A DNA stretch of 23,702 nt. Origin: Gemmatimonadales bacterium. Its GTDB lineage: Bacteria; Gemmatimonadota; Gemmatimonadetes; Gemmatimonadales; GWC2-71-9. Both the position numbers and the translations under genes were made by a program. Below the pieces are notes generated by a model. It did no database searches, was not told the DNA's origin, and saw only the letters and a list, made by a program, of their open reading frames with translations. Shown here piece after piece: positions 1-10,859 of the stretch (its first letter is position 1; the number at the start of each line of letters is the position of its first letter). The stretch spans positions 1 to 23,702 of the forward strand of contig JBFJCP010000045.1 of NCBI GenBank assembly GCA_041615815.1, given 5' to 3'.

Positions 1-122
1 ACAACACGAAGATGACGATTGAGTTGATCACGCCGATCGCGATGGAGGAGGGGCTGCGCTTCGCGATTCGGGAAGGCGGCCGCACCGTCGGCGCCGGCGT
101 GGTCACCAAAATACTGGCCTAG
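1..122 (+). CDS. tuf: Elongation factor Tu, C-terminal end (partial at window edge)
   Basis: Frame from base 3 reads [39 protein letters not shown], the hallmark EF-Tu C-terminus; TAG at 120-122; directly upstream of rpsJ. Not in the ORF track. Confidence 0.97.
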   Translation, partial: NTKMTIELITPIAMEEGLRFAIREGGRTVGAGVVTKILA

Positions 123-146
123 CACCACCGAACCGCCGGGTGAACC

Positions 147-455
147 ATGGCTGAACGCATACGCATTCGTCTCAAGGCTTTCGATCACGTGGTGCTCGAT
201 CAGGCTGCGGCCGACATTGTGCGCACGGTGGAGAAAAGCGGGGGATACGTGTCGGGTCCCATACCACTGCCGAGCAAGACGCAGCGGTGGACGGTGCTGC
301 GAAGCCCCCATGTGGACAAGAAGAGCCGAGAGCAGTTCGAGCTCCGGACACACAAGCGCCTCATCGAGATCAAGGACTCGCGGGCGCAGACCATCGACGC
401 GCTGACCAAGCTCGATCTGCCGGCCGGTGTCGATGTCGAGATCAAAGTCGAGTAG
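147..455 (+). CDS. rpsJ: 30S ribosomal protein S10 (uS10/NusE)
   Basis: [31 protein letters not shown] motifs; 102 aa. Confidence 0.99.
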   Translation: MAERIRIRLKAFDHVVLDQAAADIVRTVEKSGGYVSGPIPLPSKTQRWTVLRSPHVDKKSREQFELRTHKRLIEIKDSRAQTIDALTKLDLPAGVDVEIKVE

Positions 456-459
456 CGCG

Positions 460-1104
460 ATGCACGGATTGATCGGTCGCAAGCTGGGAATGACCCGAGT
501 GTTTGCCGACGATGGGCAGGTCGAGCCCGTCACGGTGATCGAGGCGGGGCCGTGTCACGTCGTACAGCTCACGGCCGGGGCCGGCGGGCCGGGTGCCGTG
601 CAGTTGGGATTCGAGTCCCAGAAAGCCAAACGTGCTGCCAAAGCCGAAGTCGGGCATGCGAAGACGGCTGGTCTCGACGCTGCACCTCGGGTCCTGAGGG
701 AGTTTCCGATCCCCGCGGACGTGAAGGAGCCACCGAAGCCGGGTGATGTCGTGACGGTCGACATCTTCGCGGCGGGGGATCTGGTCAAGGTGACCGGGAC
801 TACCAAGGGCCGCGGGTTTCAGGGAGTGGTGAAGCGTCACGGATTCGGTGGCGGCCCCGCCAGCCACGGGAGCACGCGGTATCGCAAGCCCGGCAGCATG
901 GGCCCGGGTACGGATCCCTCCCGGGTCATCAAGGGGAAGAAACTCCCCGGGCAAATGGGGGCATCGCGGCACACCGAGTTGGGGCTGCAGGTGGTTCGGG
1001 TCGATCCCGAGCGGAATCTGCTCTACGTACGCGGTGCCGTGGCCGGACCGAAAAACGGTGTGGTCTACGTGACGAAGCAGGGAGGACGGAGCCGGTATGC
1101 TTGA
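460..1104 (+). CDS. rplC: 50S ribosomal protein L3
   Basis: GRKLGMTRVF, PVTVIEAGPC, TKGRGFQGVVKRHGF, PGQMG. Start moved from 427 to ATG 460, just after the rpsJ stop. Confidence 0.98.
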   Translation: MHGLIGRKLGMTRVFADDGQVEPVTVIEAGPCHVVQLTAGAGGPGAVQLGFESQKAKRAAKAEVGHAKTAGLDAAPRVLREFPIPADVKEPPKPGDVVTVDIFAAGDLVKVTGTTKGRGFQGVVKRHGFGGGPASHGSTRYRKPGSMGPGTDPSRVIKGKKLPGQMGASRHTELGLQVVRVDPERNLLYVRGAVAGPKNGVVYVTKQGGRSRYA

Positions 1105-1888
1105 GGCGCTCCACTACTCGGCAGCTGCAAAGCGCAAGGGAAGTTACGCGCTGCCGGATGAGTTCGATGGGACCGTGAATCGCGCGGCGCTCTACCATGC
1201 CGTGCGGGCGTTTCGGAACAATCAGCGCCAGGGGACGCACTCCACCAAGACCAAGAGTGAGGTCTCCGGCGGCAATCGAAAACCGTGGCGGCAGAAGGGA
1301 ACGGGACGGGCGCGGCAAGGATCGATTCGGGCACCGCAATGGGTGGGCGGTGGCATCGTCTTCGGCCCCCGCCCGCGTGGCTACCTGACGACGCTGCCGA
1401 AGAAGGTGAAGCGCTTGGCGCGGCAGTCCGCGCTCAATGCGCGCGCGAGTGAAGGTGCGTTGGTGGTCATTGAGGCCGTGGCGTTCGAGGCGCCCAAGAC
1501 CAAGCAGATGGCGGACCTGCTGAACAAGTTGGAGGTCGCCGGTAAGAAGGTATTGATCTTGACGGCCGAAACGCAGCAGGCCGTGTACTTATCGGGGCGA
1601 AACTTGCCGAATGTGCAGGTCATGCGCTATGGAGACGCGGCTGCGTACGACATCCTGTGGTCCGACATCGTGGTCGTCGAGGAGGGTGCCATTGGCGGGC
1701 ATGCTATCAAGGGCGCGACGGTAAAGTCCACCACTCGACGTTCCAAGCGGGGACAGGAGAAGGCAGCCGCCGGTACGTCCAAGCGGAAGGCGACGGGCCG
1801 GGCCTTGTCGAAGAAGCGAACGACGGCGAAGAAGAGCACGAAGAAGAAGGCGAAAAAGAAAACGTCGAAGAAAAAGGGTAGTCGCTGA
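1097..1888 (+). CDS. rplD: 50S ribosomal protein L4 with ~64-aa basic C-terminal tail
   Basis: [43 protein letters not shown]; frame stays open through a K-rich tail to a TGA overlapping the rplW ATG. Confidence 0.98.
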   Translation: MLEALHYSAAAKRKGSYALPDEFDGTVNRAALYHAVRAFRNNQRQGTHSTKTKSEVSGGNRKPWRQKGTGRARQGSIRAPQWVGGGIVFGPRPRGYLTTLPKKVKRLARQSALNARASEGALVVIEAVAFEAPKTKQMADLLNKLEVAGKKVLILTAETQQAVYLSGRNLPNVQVMRYGDAAAYDILWSDIVVVEEGAIGGHAIKGATVKSTTRRSKRGQEKAAAGTSKRKATGRALSKKRTTAKKSTKKKAKKKTSKKKGSR

Positions 1889-2175
1889 TGACCGATCGTT
1901 TTCGGGCCGTGCTACGGCCGGTGGTCACCGAAAAGTCCTCCGCGCTCTTCGGGGCTCTGAAGGAATACACCTTCGAGGCTCCGCCGGACGCGACGAAGCC
2001 ACAGATTCGGGAGGCCATCGAGTCCCTCTTCGACGTTCGGGTGAAGAGCGTGCGTACGATGCAGCAGCCGGCGAAGCGTCGGACCCGTGGACGGACCGAG
2101 GGACGCCGTCGGCGGTGGAAGAAGGTCTATGTGCGCTTGCACGAGGGTGACGAGATCGAGGTCTTCGAGGGGTAA
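1888..2175 (+). CDS. rplW: 50S ribosomal protein L23
   Basis: RPVVTEKS, YTFE..ATKPQIREAIESLFDVRV, WKKVYVRL; position in operon. Confidence 0.97.
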   Translation: MTDRFRAVLRPVVTEKSSALFGALKEYTFEAPPDATKPQIREAIESLFDVRVKSVRTMQQPAKRRTRGRTEGRRRRWKKVYVRLHEGDEIEVFEG

Positions 2176-2178
2176 CAA

Positions 2179-3018
2179 ATGGGTATTCGTCAATTTCGCC
2201 CGATGAGTCCCGGAACCCGGTTCCGAAGCGTCTCCGATTTCGCGGAGGTGACGCGATCCGAGCCGGAGAAATCGTTGGTGGAGCCGCTCAAGAAGCGTGG
2301 CGGCCGGAATCACCGCGGGCATCTCACAGCACGTCACCGTGGTGGTGGGCACAAGCGGCGGTACCGTCGCGTGGATTTTCGTCGGGACAAGCACACCGTG
2401 CCGGCGCGGGTGACGGCGATCGAGTACGATCCCAACCGATCTGCCCGCATTGCGTTGCTGACGTACGCGGATGGAGAGAAGCGATACATCATCCACCCGC
2501 AGGGCCTCAAGGTGGGTGATACGGTGAGTGCGGGCCCCACGGCGGACGTGCGATTGGGAAACGCGATGCCTTTGTCGGAGATCCCGTTGGGCACGACGGT
2601 GCATTGCATCGAGCTCAAGCGAGGCAAGGGAGCGCAGATGTGTCGCGCGGCCGGCACCGGTGCGCAGGTCATGGCCAAGGAGGGACACCACGTGGCCCTG
2701 AAGCTCCGATCGGGCGAGGTGCGGCTGGTGCGGCGGGAGTGCATGGCCACCATCGGTGAAGTCGGCAACGCCGAGCACGAGCTCCAAAGCATCGGCAAAG
2801 CCGGCAAAACCCGCTGGCTGGGCCGGCGACCGCACGTGCGTGGCGTCGCTATGAATCCCGTGGACCATCCGCTCGGTGGTGGAGAGGGGAAGGCGTCCGG
2901 CGGTCGACCGCCGGTGACGCCATGGGGCAAGCCCGAAGGCACAAAGACCCGAAAGCGGAAAAAGGCGAGCACTAAGCTCATCCTGCGCGGTCGGAAGCGC
3001 GGGAAGGCGACGCGGTAG
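2179..3018 (+). CDS. rplB: 50S ribosomal protein L2
   Basis: [37 protein letters not shown]. Confidence 0.99.
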   Translation: MGIRQFRPMSPGTRFRSVSDFAEVTRSEPEKSLVEPLKKRGGRNHRGHLTARHRGGGHKRRYRRVDFRRDKHTVPARVTAIEYDPNRSARIALLTYADGEKRYIIHPQGLKVGDTVSAGPTADVRLGNAMPLSEIPLGTTVHCIELKRGKGAQMCRAAGTGAQVMAKEGHHVALKLRSGEVRLVRRECMATIGEVGNAEHELQSIGKAGKTRWLGRRPHVRGVAMNPVDHPLGGGEGKASGGRPPVTPWGKPEGTKTRKRKKASTKLILRGRKRGKATR

Positions 3019-3029
3019 GGAGACGAGAC

Positions 3030-3320
3030 ATGGCACGGAGTGTCAAGAAAGGCCCGTACGTCGAGGAATCACTGCTTCTGAAGATTCTGAAGTTGAATTC
3101 TCTCAACGAAAAACGGGTCATGAAGACGTGGTCCAGAGCATCCACGATTACGCCAGACTTCGTGGGGCATACGATTGCGGTGCACAACGGCAACAAGTTC
3201 ATTCCGGTCTACATCTCGGAGAACATGGTGGGACACAAGTTGGGAGAGTTTGCTCCCACTCGTCTGTTCCGGGGCCATAGCGGTAAGCTGGCGGCCGATA
3301 AGAAAGCCGGACCGGCGTAG
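3030..3320 (+). CDS. rpsS: 30S ribosomal protein S19
   Basis: [38 protein letters not shown]. Confidence 0.99.
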   Translation: MARSVKKGPYVEESLLLKILKLNSLNEKRVMKTWSRASTITPDFVGHTIAVHNGNKFIPVYISENMVGHKLGEFAPTRLFRGHSGKLAADKKAGPA

Positions 3321-3330
3321 GGAGACGACG

Positions 3331-3687
3331 ATGGCGGCACGGGCGATTCAACGGGGCGTGCGGCAGTCCCCCCGAAAGATGCGGTTGGTCATTGATGTCA
3401 TTCGGGGCATGAACGTGAACGAAGCCTACACCTTCTTGAAGTTCTCAAAGAAGCGGGCGTCCCGACAGATCGAGAAGGTCTTGCGATCGGCCGTCTCCAA
3501 CGCCGAGCAAGACGCGTTGCGGAGCAATGAAGCCTTCGACGTCGATGAGCTCTACGTCGCGCATGCGGTGGTCAATGAAGGCACGACGCTCTGGCGCTAT
3601 CGGGCGGCGGCGCTCGGTCGCGCCGCTCCCATCCGGAAGCGAACGAGCCAGGTGGAGATCCGCGTGGCTAAGAAGGAGACGGAGTAA
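3331..3687 (+). CDS. rplV: 50S ribosomal protein L22
   Basis: [39 protein letters not shown]. Start is ATG 3331 after the GGAG RBS, not 3175. Confidence 0.97.
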   Translation: MAARAIQRGVRQSPRKMRLVIDVIRGMNVNEAYTFLKFSKKRASRQIEKVLRSAVSNAEQDALRSNEAFDVDELYVAHAVVNEGTTLWRYRAAALGRAAPIRKRTSQVEIRVAKKETE

Positions 3688-4346
3688 TGGGTCAAAAGAC
3701 GCATCCATACGGCTTTCGCCTGGGTATCGTCAAACCGTGGCGGTCCCGGTGGTACGCCGGGCGTGAGTTTCCGGATCTCCTGAAGGAAGACGAACTCATC
3801 CGGAAATACCTCAAGACACGACTGTCGCACGCGGCCGTCGCCGACATTCACATCGAACGGAAGCCCGGCAAGGTCACGGTCACGGTCTTCACGGGGCGCC
3901 CAGGGGTCGTGATCGGAAAGCGCGGCGCCGAAGTGGACAAGCTCCGCGATGAGCTGGCGCAGCTCACCGGGAAGACCGTGGGGATCAACGTCGAGGAGAT
4001 CAAGCGGCCGGAGCTCGAGGCGCAATTGGTGGCCGAGAGTGTCTCCCATCAGCTGATGCAGCGGGTCTCGTTCCGCCGGGCGATGAAACGGGCGGTGCAG
4101 AGTTCGATGCGGATGGGAGCGCAGGGCATCAAGATCAAGACCGCTGGCCGGTTGGGTGGTGCCGAGATCGCGCGCACCGAGGGATACCACGAGGGTCGGG
4201 TCCCGCTGCACACGCTGCGGGCAGACGTGGACTACGGCATGGCCACGGCCAAGACGACATACGGCACCATCGGTGTCAAGGTCTGGATCTTCAAGGGTGA
4301 AGTTGTGGAAGACGCCCGCGGTCGGACGTACAGTACGGGAGCCTGA
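3687..4346 (+). CDS. rpsC: 30S ribosomal protein S3
   Basis: [23 protein letters not shown] (KH domain), [26 protein letters not shown]. Confidence 0.99.
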   Translation: MGQKTHPYGFRLGIVKPWRSRWYAGREFPDLLKEDELIRKYLKTRLSHAAVADIHIERKPGKVTVTVFTGRPGVVIGKRGAEVDKLRDELAQLTGKTVGINVEEIKRPELEAQLVAESVSHQLMQRVSFRRAMKRAVQSSMRMGAQGIKIKTAGRLGGAEIARTEGYHEGRVPLHTLRADVDYGMATAKTTYGTIGVKVWIFKGEVVEDARGRTYSTGA

Positions 4347-4349
4347 GCC

Positions 4350-4763
4350 ATGTTGGCGCCAAAGCGGGTGAAGTACCGCAAACAGATGAAAGGACGGACC
4401 AAGGGCCATGCCACACGTGGGAACACCGTCGCGTTCGGGCATTTCGGTCTGATGGCTCTGGAGCCCGGCTGGATCACGAGCCGACAGATTGAGGCGTCCC
4501 GGGTGGCGATGACCCGCGAGATGAAACGCGGGGGCAAGGTGTGGATTCGGATCTTCCCGGATAAGCCGATCACGAAGAAGCCGGCGGAGACCAGGATGGG
4601 CAAAGGCAAAGGCAACCCCGAGGGGTGGGTAGCCGTGGTCAAGCCGGGACGCGTCATGTTCGAGGTGGAGGGGATTGGTGAAAAGGTGGCACGGCGCGCC
4701 CTGCAGTTGGCAGCGGCGAAGCTGCCGATCAAGACGCGCTTCGTGATGCGCGAAGACGGGTAG
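4350..4763 (+). CDS. rplP: 50S ribosomal protein L16
   Basis: [37 protein letters not shown]. Confidence 0.99.
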   Translation: MLAPKRVKYRKQMKGRTKGHATRGNTVAFGHFGLMALEPGWITSRQIEASRVAMTREMKRGGKVWIRIFPDKPITKKPAETRMGKGKGNPEGWVAVVKPGRVMFEVEGIGEKVARRALQLAAAKLPIKTRFVMREDG

Positions 4764-4769
4764 GCACCG

Positions 4770-4991
4770 ATGGCACTCAAGGACACGGAAACGAAACCGG
4801 TGACGGCAACCCGGCTGCGCGAGCTCGAAACGCCCGAGCTCGAGACCGAGCTAGGACGGCTTCTCGAGGCCCGATTTCGGCTGAAGTTCCGGTCGGCCAC
4901 GGAGACCATCGACAATCCGGCGCAGTTTCACATCATGCGACGTAACATCGCCCGGATCAGAACGGTGTTACGCGAGAGGGCCGAGGCATGA
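4770..4991 (+). CDS. rpmC: 50S ribosomal protein L29
   Basis: [38 protein letters not shown]; lies between rplP and rpsQ. Confidence 0.95.
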   Translation: MALKDTETKPVTATRLRELETPELETELGRLLEARFRLKFRSATETIDNPAQFHIMRRNIARIRTVLRERAEA

Positions 4992-5254
4992 GCGAGGGAG
5001 ATCGGAGTCGCGGACAGCGGAAAGCGCGGGTTGGGGTCGTGGTGAGCGACAAGATGACAAAGACGGTAGTGGTGCAACTCACGCGACAGTTCGCCCACCC
5101 GTTATACGGGAAGCAGATCAAGCGAACGAAGCGCGTGCATGCCCAGGACGAGTTAGGGGCCAAGACGGGAGACACGGTCCGCCTGATGGAAACGCGTCCG
5201 CTCTCGAAGTTGAAGCGGTGGCGGGTGGCGGAGATCATGTCTCGGGCCGAGTAG
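4988..5254 (+). CDS. rpsQ: 30S ribosomal protein S17
   Basis: [33 protein letters not shown]. Confidence 0.98.
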   Translation: MSEGDRSRGQRKARVGVVVSDKMTKTVVVQLTRQFAHPLYGKQIKRTKRVHAQDELGAKTGDTVRLMETRPLSKLKRWRVAEIMSRAE

Positions 5255-5266
5255 AGCGAGGGCGAC

Positions 5267-5635
5267 GTGGTTCAACAGGAATCGATCGTCAAGATCGCCG
5301 ACAACTCTGGGGCGCGCAGAGCGCTCGTGATACGGGTGCTGGGCGGAAGCAAGCGGCGCTACGCCGGATTGGGCGATGTTGTAGTCGTGACGATCAAGGA
5401 TGCGCTTCCGACCGGTCAGGTCAAGAAGGGAGAAGTGGCCAAGGCCGTGTTGGTGCGCACGGCCAAGGAGACCCGGCGTCGTGATGGGAGTTATATCCGG
5501 TTCGATGAAAACGCCGCCGTGCTGATCAACGACGCTGGCGAACCGAGGGCCACGCGCATTTTCGGACCCGTGGGGCGGGAGCTCAGAGAGAAACGGTACA
5601 TGAAAATCGTATCGTTGGCACCGGAGGTGTTATAA
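5267..5635 (+). CDS. rplN: 50S ribosomal protein L14
   Basis: GTG start; [42 protein letters not shown]. Confidence 0.99.
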   Translation: MVQQESIVKIADNSGARRALVIRVLGGSKRRYAGLGDVVVVTIKDALPTGQVKKGEVAKAVLVRTAKETRRRDGSYIRFDENAAVLINDAGEPRATRIFGPVGRELREKRYMKIVSLAPEVL

Positions 5636-6016
5636 GTGAAACCGCTCGTGTACAAGAAGAGCAAGCGCCGCAAGCGCAAGACGAAACCAACACCCAAGAT
5701 GCACATCACGAAAGGTGACCGGGTGCGTGTCGTTCGGGGTGAGGATCGGGGGAAAGAGGGTGCCGTGATCCGCGTGCTCCCCAGGCGCAACCGCGTCGTG
5801 GTGGAGGGGGTGAATATGCTCACCAAGCATCAGCGACCGACCCCCAACGCGGAGGGCGGCATCATCACGTTTCCCGGGCCCATCGACGCCTCGAATGTGA
5901 TGCTGCTCGATCCCAAGACTGGCGACCCCACCAGGGTCCGGCGGCAGAAGGACAAAGACGGCACGCTGGAACGCCTGAGCGTGAAATCGGGTCAGCCCAT
6001 TCCGCGGAACCGCTGA
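5636..6016 (+). CDS. rplX: 50S ribosomal protein L24 with basic N-terminal extension
   Basis: KOW motif [35 protein letters not shown] start 8 nt after GGAGG inside the rplN end. Confidence 0.96.
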   Translation: MKPLVYKKSKRRKRKTKPTPKMHITKGDRVRVVRGEDRGKEGAVIRVLPRRNRVVVEGVNMLTKHQRPTPNAEGGIITFPGPIDASNVMLLDPKTGDPTRVRRQKDKDGTLERLSVKSGQPIPRNR

Positions 6017-6030
6017 GACGGCAGGACGAC

Positions 6031-6654
6031 GTGGCCACGAAGACGGAAGCAAAACGTCAACCCCGGGACCAAGCACCCGCGGTACCGGCGCCGAAGCCGC
6101 GACTGCGAGAGCACTACATCGCGGTGGTGCAACCCAAGCTGATGAAAGAGTTTGGGTTGAGCAATATCCACGCCGCGCCACGACTCGAGAAAATCGTCGT
6201 CAACGTGGGTCTTGGCGAAGCGCCCAAGAACCCGAAGTTGCTCGATACCGTCATGGAAGAGTTGGCCGTGGTGACGGGCCAGCGTCCCGTGGTGACTCGG
6301 GCCAAGAAGGCGATCTCGAACTTCGGCCTCCGGGCGGGGATGCCCATTGGGACGGCCGTCACTCTCCGTGGCGTGCGGATGTGGGAGTTCTTGGATCGGT
6401 TCATCAGTATTGCTGTCCCACGGATTCGGGACTTTCGCGGCTTCCCCACGCGATCGTTTGATGGCCGAGGGAATTATACCGTGGGGATCCGGGAGCAGAT
6501 GATCTTTCCGGAGATCGATTACGACAAGGTAGAGAAGATTCACGGCATGGACATCACCTTTGTGACGTCTGCCGAGCGTGACGACCTCGCGATGGCGCTG
6601 CTCCGCGAGCTCGGCATGCCGCTCCGTGGACAAGTTCCCGTACAGATCGGCTAG
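6031..6654 (+). CDS. rplE: 50S ribosomal protein L5
   Basis: [55 protein letters not shown]. Confidence 0.99.
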   Translation: MATKTEAKRQPRDQAPAVPAPKPRLREHYIAVVQPKLMKEFGLSNIHAAPRLEKIVVNVGLGEAPKNPKLLDTVMEELAVVTGQRPVVTRAKKAISNFGLRAGMPIGTAVTLRGVRMWEFLDRFISIAVPRIRDFRGFPTRSFDGRGNYTVGIREQMIFPEIDYDKVEKIHGMDITFVTSAERDDLAMALLRELGMPLRGQVPVQIG

Positions 6655-6663
6655 GAGTCGCAT

Positions 6664-6849
6664 GTGGCGAAGAAGGCCCTGATCGAGAAGGCAAAGCGGA
6701 AGCCCAAGTACAAGGTGCGCGGGTATAATCGGTGCCAGCGGTGTGGTCGAGCCCGCGCGTACCTCCGACGGTTTGGTGTCTGCCGCATCTGCTTCAGAGA
6801 ACTAGCGCTCCGCGGGGAGGTCCCCGGAGTGCGCAAGGCGAGCTGGTAA
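6664..6849 (+). CDS. rpsN: 30S ribosomal protein S14, short zinc-binding (type Z) form
   Basis: 61 aa; CQRC..CRIC zinc ligands; [11 protein letters not shown] start 6 nt after AGGAG. Confidence 0.98.
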   Translation: MAKKALIEKAKRKPKYKVRGYNRCQRCGRARAYLRRFGVCRICFRELALRGEVPGVRKASW

Positions 6850-6870
6850 CAGGAGCGGGTTGGATAAGCG

Positions 6871-7266
6871 ATGACAATGACTGACCCAGTCGCCGATATG
6901 TTGACCCGAATCCGCAATGCCTCCCGAGCGGGGCATCGCCGGGTCGACATACCGGTATCGAATTTCAAAGTGGAAATCGCGCGTCTCTTGCGGGACAATC
7001 ACTTCATCCAGGACTACAAGGTGCTGGATGACGGGCGGTATGGCGTGTTGCGTCTGTTCCTCCGATACCACGGTGATACACCCGTGATTCACGAGGTGCG
7101 GCGGGTGTCGAAGCCAGGCCTGCGGCGCTACGTGCGGGTGCGTGAGATTCCCCGGGTGAAGAACGGGCTCGGGATCGCGATTGTCTCCACGCCGCGCGGA
7201 CTCATGAGCGATCGGGAAGCACGACGGGCTCGGGTGGGTGGCGAACTCGTCGCCATGCTCTGGTAG
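6871..7266 (+). CDS. rpsH: 30S ribosomal protein S8
   Basis: [43 protein letters not shown]. Confidence 0.99.
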   Translation: MTMTDPVADMLTRIRNASRAGHRRVDIPVSNFKVEIARLLRDNHFIQDYKVLDDGRYGVLRLFLRYHGDTPVIHEVRRVSKPGLRRYVRVREIPRVKNGLGIAIVSTPRGLMSDREARRARVGGELVAMLW

Positions 7267-7274
7267 AGGCAGCC

Positions 7275-7817
7275 ATGTCACGCGTTGGCAAGAAACCGAT
7301 TCCGATTCCCAAGGGCGTGACCGTCTCCATCGACGGGAGTCACGTTGCGGTCAAAGGACCCAAGGGTGAACTGTCGCGGGTCGTATCTTCGGAGATGACC
7401 CTGGCCATGGAGGACGGATCCGTGCAGGTGTCACGGCCATCCGACGAAGGCCGGCACAGGGCCCTGCACGGACTCACCCGGGCGCTCGTGGCCAACATGG
7501 TCGAGGGCGTGAGCGACGGGTTCAGCAAGCAGCTGGAGATTCAAGGCGTGGGGTACCGCGCCGAGCCAACGGATTCGGGACTTCGCCTCAACGTCGGATA
7601 TTCCCATTCGGTGGAGTACCCGGCTCCGCAAGGAATCCAGCTCTCGGTGGAGAACAACACACTCGTGACCGTGGCGGGTATCGACAAGGAATTGGTGGGC
7701 CAGGTGGCAGCCGAGATCCGCTCGATCCGCCCGCCGGAGCCATATAAAGGAAAAGGCATCCGCTACAAGGACGAGCAGGTGCGTCGCAAGGCCGGGAAGA
7801 CCGGAGGGAAAGCATGA
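7275..7817 (+). CDS. rplF: 50S ribosomal protein L6
   Basis: [36 protein letters not shown]. Confidence 0.99.
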   Translation: MSRVGKKPIPIPKGVTVSIDGSHVAVKGPKGELSRVVSSEMTLAMEDGSVQVSRPSDEGRHRALHGLTRALVANMVEGVSDGFSKQLEIQGVGYRAEPTDSGLRLNVGYSHSVEYPAPQGIQLSVENNTLVTVAGIDKELVGQVAAEIRSIRPPEPYKGKGIRYKDEQVRRKAGKTGGKA

Positions 7818-8185
7818 GGCCGATCCGCAAACCGAAGACGCGGTCCGACCGGCGGGTGCGTCGGCATCTCCGAAGTCGGAAACGCCTGCGGGGGACGGCC
7901 GAGCGCCCTCGTCTCGTGGTCTTCCGATCGCTCAAGCACATTTACGCCCAGTGCGTGGACGACGATCGTGGCGCCACGCTTATCGGGGTCAGCGATCTGA
8001 CCAAAGACTTGCAGCCGGAACAACCAGGCAAGACCGGTGCCGCCCACGCGGTGGGGAAGCTCATTGCGGAGCGAGCCAAAGCGCGTGGCATCACGAGAGT
8101 CGTGTTCGATCGGGGGGGGTACCCCTTCCATGGACGGGTCAAGGCGGTGGCCGACGGGGCCCGCGCCGCCGGATTGGAGTTCTAA
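7814..8185 (+). CDS. rplR: 50S ribosomal protein L18
   Basis: [46 protein letters not shown]. Confidence 0.99.
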   Translation: MRPIRKPKTRSDRRVRRHLRSRKRLRGTAERPRLVVFRSLKHIYAQCVDDDRGATLIGVSDLTKDLQPEQPGKTGAAHAVGKLIAERAKARGITRVVFDRGGYPFHGRVKAVADGARAAGLEF

Positions 8186-8189
8186 GCAG

Positions 8190-8762
8190 ATGGCCAACGA
8201 ACGAGGATCCCGCCGGGAGCGCCGCGAACGCGAATCGGAATTCGTGGAGAACGTCATCACGATCAACCGCGTTGCAAAGGTCGTGAAAGGCGGCCGACGA
8301 TTCTCCTTCAACGCCCTCGCGGCGGTGGGAGACGGAAACGGTAAGGTGGGCGTGGGGACGGGGAAGGCTAACGAAGTTTCGGAGGCGGTGCGGAAAGCGG
8401 TGGAGAGCGCGAAACGCGCCATGCAAGCGGTTCCGCGTGAGGGCACGACGATTCCCCATGAGATCGTCGGATCCCACGGTGCCGGCCGAGTCTTGCTCAA
8501 ACCGGCGACGTCGGGAACCGGGGTCATCGCCGGTGGGCCGGTGCGGGCGGTTCTGGAATGTGCGGGCATTAGCGACATCCTCACGAAGTCCCTGGGATCC
8601 CCCAATCCGCTGAACATGGCCTGGGCCACCATCGACGGGCTCATGAGCCTCGTCACAGCCGATCAGGTGGCGCGGGAACGCGGACTCGATCCCGCCGAGA
8701 TCTTCTATCGCCCGCGCCAGCGCCCGACGGTGGCGGACGCGACGGGAGGGGCGGATGCCTAA
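8190..8762 (+). CDS. rpsE: 30S ribosomal protein S5
   Basis: [37 protein letters not shown]. Start is ATG 8190, not 8037. Confidence 0.98.
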   Translation: MANERGSRRERRERESEFVENVITINRVAKVVKGGRRFSFNALAAVGDGNGKVGVGTGKANEVSEAVRKAVESAKRAMQAVPREGTTIPHEIVGSHGAGRVLLKPATSGTGVIAGGPVRAVLECAGISDILTKSLGSPNPLNMAWATIDGLMSLVTADQVARERGLDPAEIFYRPRQRPTVADATGGADA

Positions 8763-9060
8763 GGAAGCGGCAAAGAAGACCAAGAAGGCAACCAAGAAGA
8801 AGACGACATCCACCCGTAAGCGCGCGACCACACGTGCGCCGAAGGCCACCAAAACCGTGAGGAAGAAGGCGGCGGGGGCTTCGCTGCGTGTGCGGCAGGT
8901 GCGGTCCGGTATCGGGCACGCGGCGAAATATCGGCGAACGCTCCGCGCACTGGGGCTCAAGCATCACCAAGACGAGGTGGTCGTGGTGGATAATCCATCC
9001 ACCCGAGGGATGTTGCTACAGGTACGACACCTGGTGCGCGTAACGCCGGCGGAGGCGTAA
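8755..9060 (+). CDS. rpmD: 50S ribosomal protein L30 with ~42-aa K/A/T-rich N-terminal extension
   Basis: Core [40 protein letters not shown] precedes ATG 8755. Confidence 0.95.
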   Translation: MPKEAAKKTKKATKKKTTSTRKRATTRAPKATKTVRKKAAGASLRVRQVRSGIGHAAKYRRTLRALGLKHHQDEVVVVDNPSTRGMLLQVRHLVRVTPAEA

Positions 9061-9512
9061 TGGCGAGCAAGGATACCGTAGGTCTGCACAATCTGGAGGC
9101 CCCGAAGGGGTCCAGCACCGAGCCCAAGCGGAAGGGACGTGGCCCCGGTTCCGGCTTGGGGAAGACCGCGGGCCGTGGTCACAAAGGCCAGCGCTCTCGG
9201 AAGAGCGGCAACGTACCAGCCTACTTCGAAGGCGGGCAAATGCCGCTCACTCGGCGCGTTCCCAAGCGAGGGTTCACGAACCCGTTTCGCGTCCCGACGC
9301 AGATCGTCAACGTGCGGGACCTCACACGACTGCCCGATGAAGCGGTCAATCCGGCCTTGCTGGTGGAACACGGGCTCGTGATTCGGCTGGACCGTCCCAT
9401 CAAGATCCTCGGCACCGGTGAGGCCACGAGGGCCTACCGCGTCACGGGATGCGCCGTCTCCAAAACGGCACAGGCGAAGATCGAACGAGCCGGCGGGAAG
9501 ATCGAGGCGTAG
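9060..9512 (+). CDS. rplO: 50S ribosomal protein L15
   Basis: GRGPGSGLGKTAGRGHKGQRSR, FEGGQMPL.RRVPKRGF, KILGTGE. Confidence 0.99.
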   Translation: MASKDTVGLHNLEAPKGSSTEPKRKGRGPGSGLGKTAGRGHKGQRSRKSGNVPAYFEGGQMPLTRRVPKRGFTNPFRVPTQIVNVRDLTRLPDEAVNPALLVEHGLVIRLDRPIKILGTGEATRAYRVTGCAVSKTAQAKIERAGGKIEA

Positions 9513-9515
9513 TCG

Positions 9516-10829
9516 ATGGCGGCACCCCGTATTCCCAACCTGTTCGCGGTCCCCGAGCTCAAAGAGAAGATCCTCTTCACGCTCCTGTGTCTGGCCGTGT
9601 ACCGGGCGGGTGCCCACATCGCCACCCCGGGCGTCAACGTTCAGGTCCTGGCGGACTTCATCCGGAACCAGGGATCGCAGACCCTGTTCGGCGTCTACGA
9701 TATGTTCGTGGGCGGTGGCCTCTCCCGCGCCACGGTCCTGGCACTCGGCATCATGCCCTACATCTCCGCGTCCATCATGTTCCAGTTGGGCGGGGCGGTG
9801 TTCCCCTACATTGATAAGCTGCAAAAAGAAGAGGAAGGACGAAAGAAGATCACGCAGTGGACCCGCTACGCCACTGTGCTACTCTCGGTGGGCCAGGCGT
9901 ACGGGTTTGCGATCTTTGCGGAAGGCCAAGCGGCCGTGGCCAACCCGGGGTGGGGATTCCGACTGTTGACCATGCTGACGCTCACGACGGGGGCCATCTT
10001 CGTCATGTGGCTGGGTGAGCAGATCACGGAGCGTGGTATCGGCAACGGAATGAGCCTCATGATCTTCTTTTCCATCATGGAAGGCATGTGGCCAGGCTTT
10101 TTCCGGACGCTCGACTTCCTGCGGACCGGCGTGATCAACACGCCGCGGCTGCTGGTCCTGGTGGTCGTGATGATCGGTGTGGTGGCCGGCATCATCGCCG
10201 TCACCGTGGCGGCGCGCCGGATCCCAATCCAGATCCCTCGCAAGGTGATGGGGCGGGGGCGGATTCGCGAGGGACAGAAGACGTTCATCCCGATCCGGGT
10301 CAACTCCGCGGGGGTGATGCCCATCATCTTCGCTCAGTCGATCATCATCGTGCCGGGGACGATCGCGACCTTCAGCAATCTTCCATTTCTTCGGGCGATG
10401 TCGGAGGCGTTCCGGCCAGGGTCGGCGGTGTACTACGTGAGCTACGCGCTGCTGATCATCTTCTTCACCTATTTCTATACATCCATCATCTTCAATCCAC
10501 TCGACATCGCGGAGAACTTGAAGAAACAGGGTGGGTTCATTCCCGGCGTCAAGCCGGGTGCGGCAACGGCCGATTACATCGATACCGTACTGACCCGAGT
10601 GACGCTGCCAGGATCCTTCTTTCTCACCGTCGTGGCGCTTCTGCCGTTCTTTGTTTTCGATGCGTTCAACGTGCCGTTCTTCTTTGGTGGCACGGCCCTC
10701 CTGATCGTGGTCGGTGTGGGACTCGATACGTGGGTCCAGGTGCAGCAGCATCTGCACCTGCGCCACTACGACGAGTACATGAAGCAAGGAAGGGTCAAGT
10801 TCCGCGGTCGCCGCGGGCGCTACATGTGA
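9516..10829 (+). CDS. secY: Preprotein translocase subunit SecY
   Basis: ALGIMPYISASI, MWLGEQITERGIGNGMSL, AGVMPIIFA, GGFIPGVKPG, GGTALLIVVGV; multiple TM segments. Confidence 0.99.
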   Translation: MAAPRIPNLFAVPELKEKILFTLLCLAVYRAGAHIATPGVNVQVLADFIRNQGSQTLFGVYDMFVGGGLSRATVLALGIMPYISASIMFQLGGAVFPYIDKLQKEEEGRKKITQWTRYATVLLSVGQAYGFAIFAEGQAAVANPGWGFRLLTMLTLTTGAIFVMWLGEQITERGIGNGMSLMIFFSIMEGMWPGFFRTLDFLRTGVINTPRLLVLVVVMIGVVAGIIAVTVAARRIPIQIPRKVMGRGRIREGQKTFIPIRVNSAGVMPIIFAQSIIIVPGTIATFSNLPFLRAMSEAFRPGSAVYYVSYALLIIFFTYFYTSIIFNPLDIAENLKKQGGFIPGVKPGAATADYIDTVLTRVTLPGSFFLTVVALLPFFVFDAFNVPFFFGGTALLIVVGVGLDTWVQVQQHLHLRHYDEYMKQGRVKFRGRRGRYM

Positions 10830-10859
10830 TCGGCCCAGGATTGTGAACGTGCGCCGCTG

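Noticed and set aside
6662..6682. Out-of-frame ATG overlapping the rpsN GTG start, suggesting a frameshift
   Set aside because: The GTG frame gives a full 61-aa S14 with good RBS spacing; the ATG frame closes after 6 codons.
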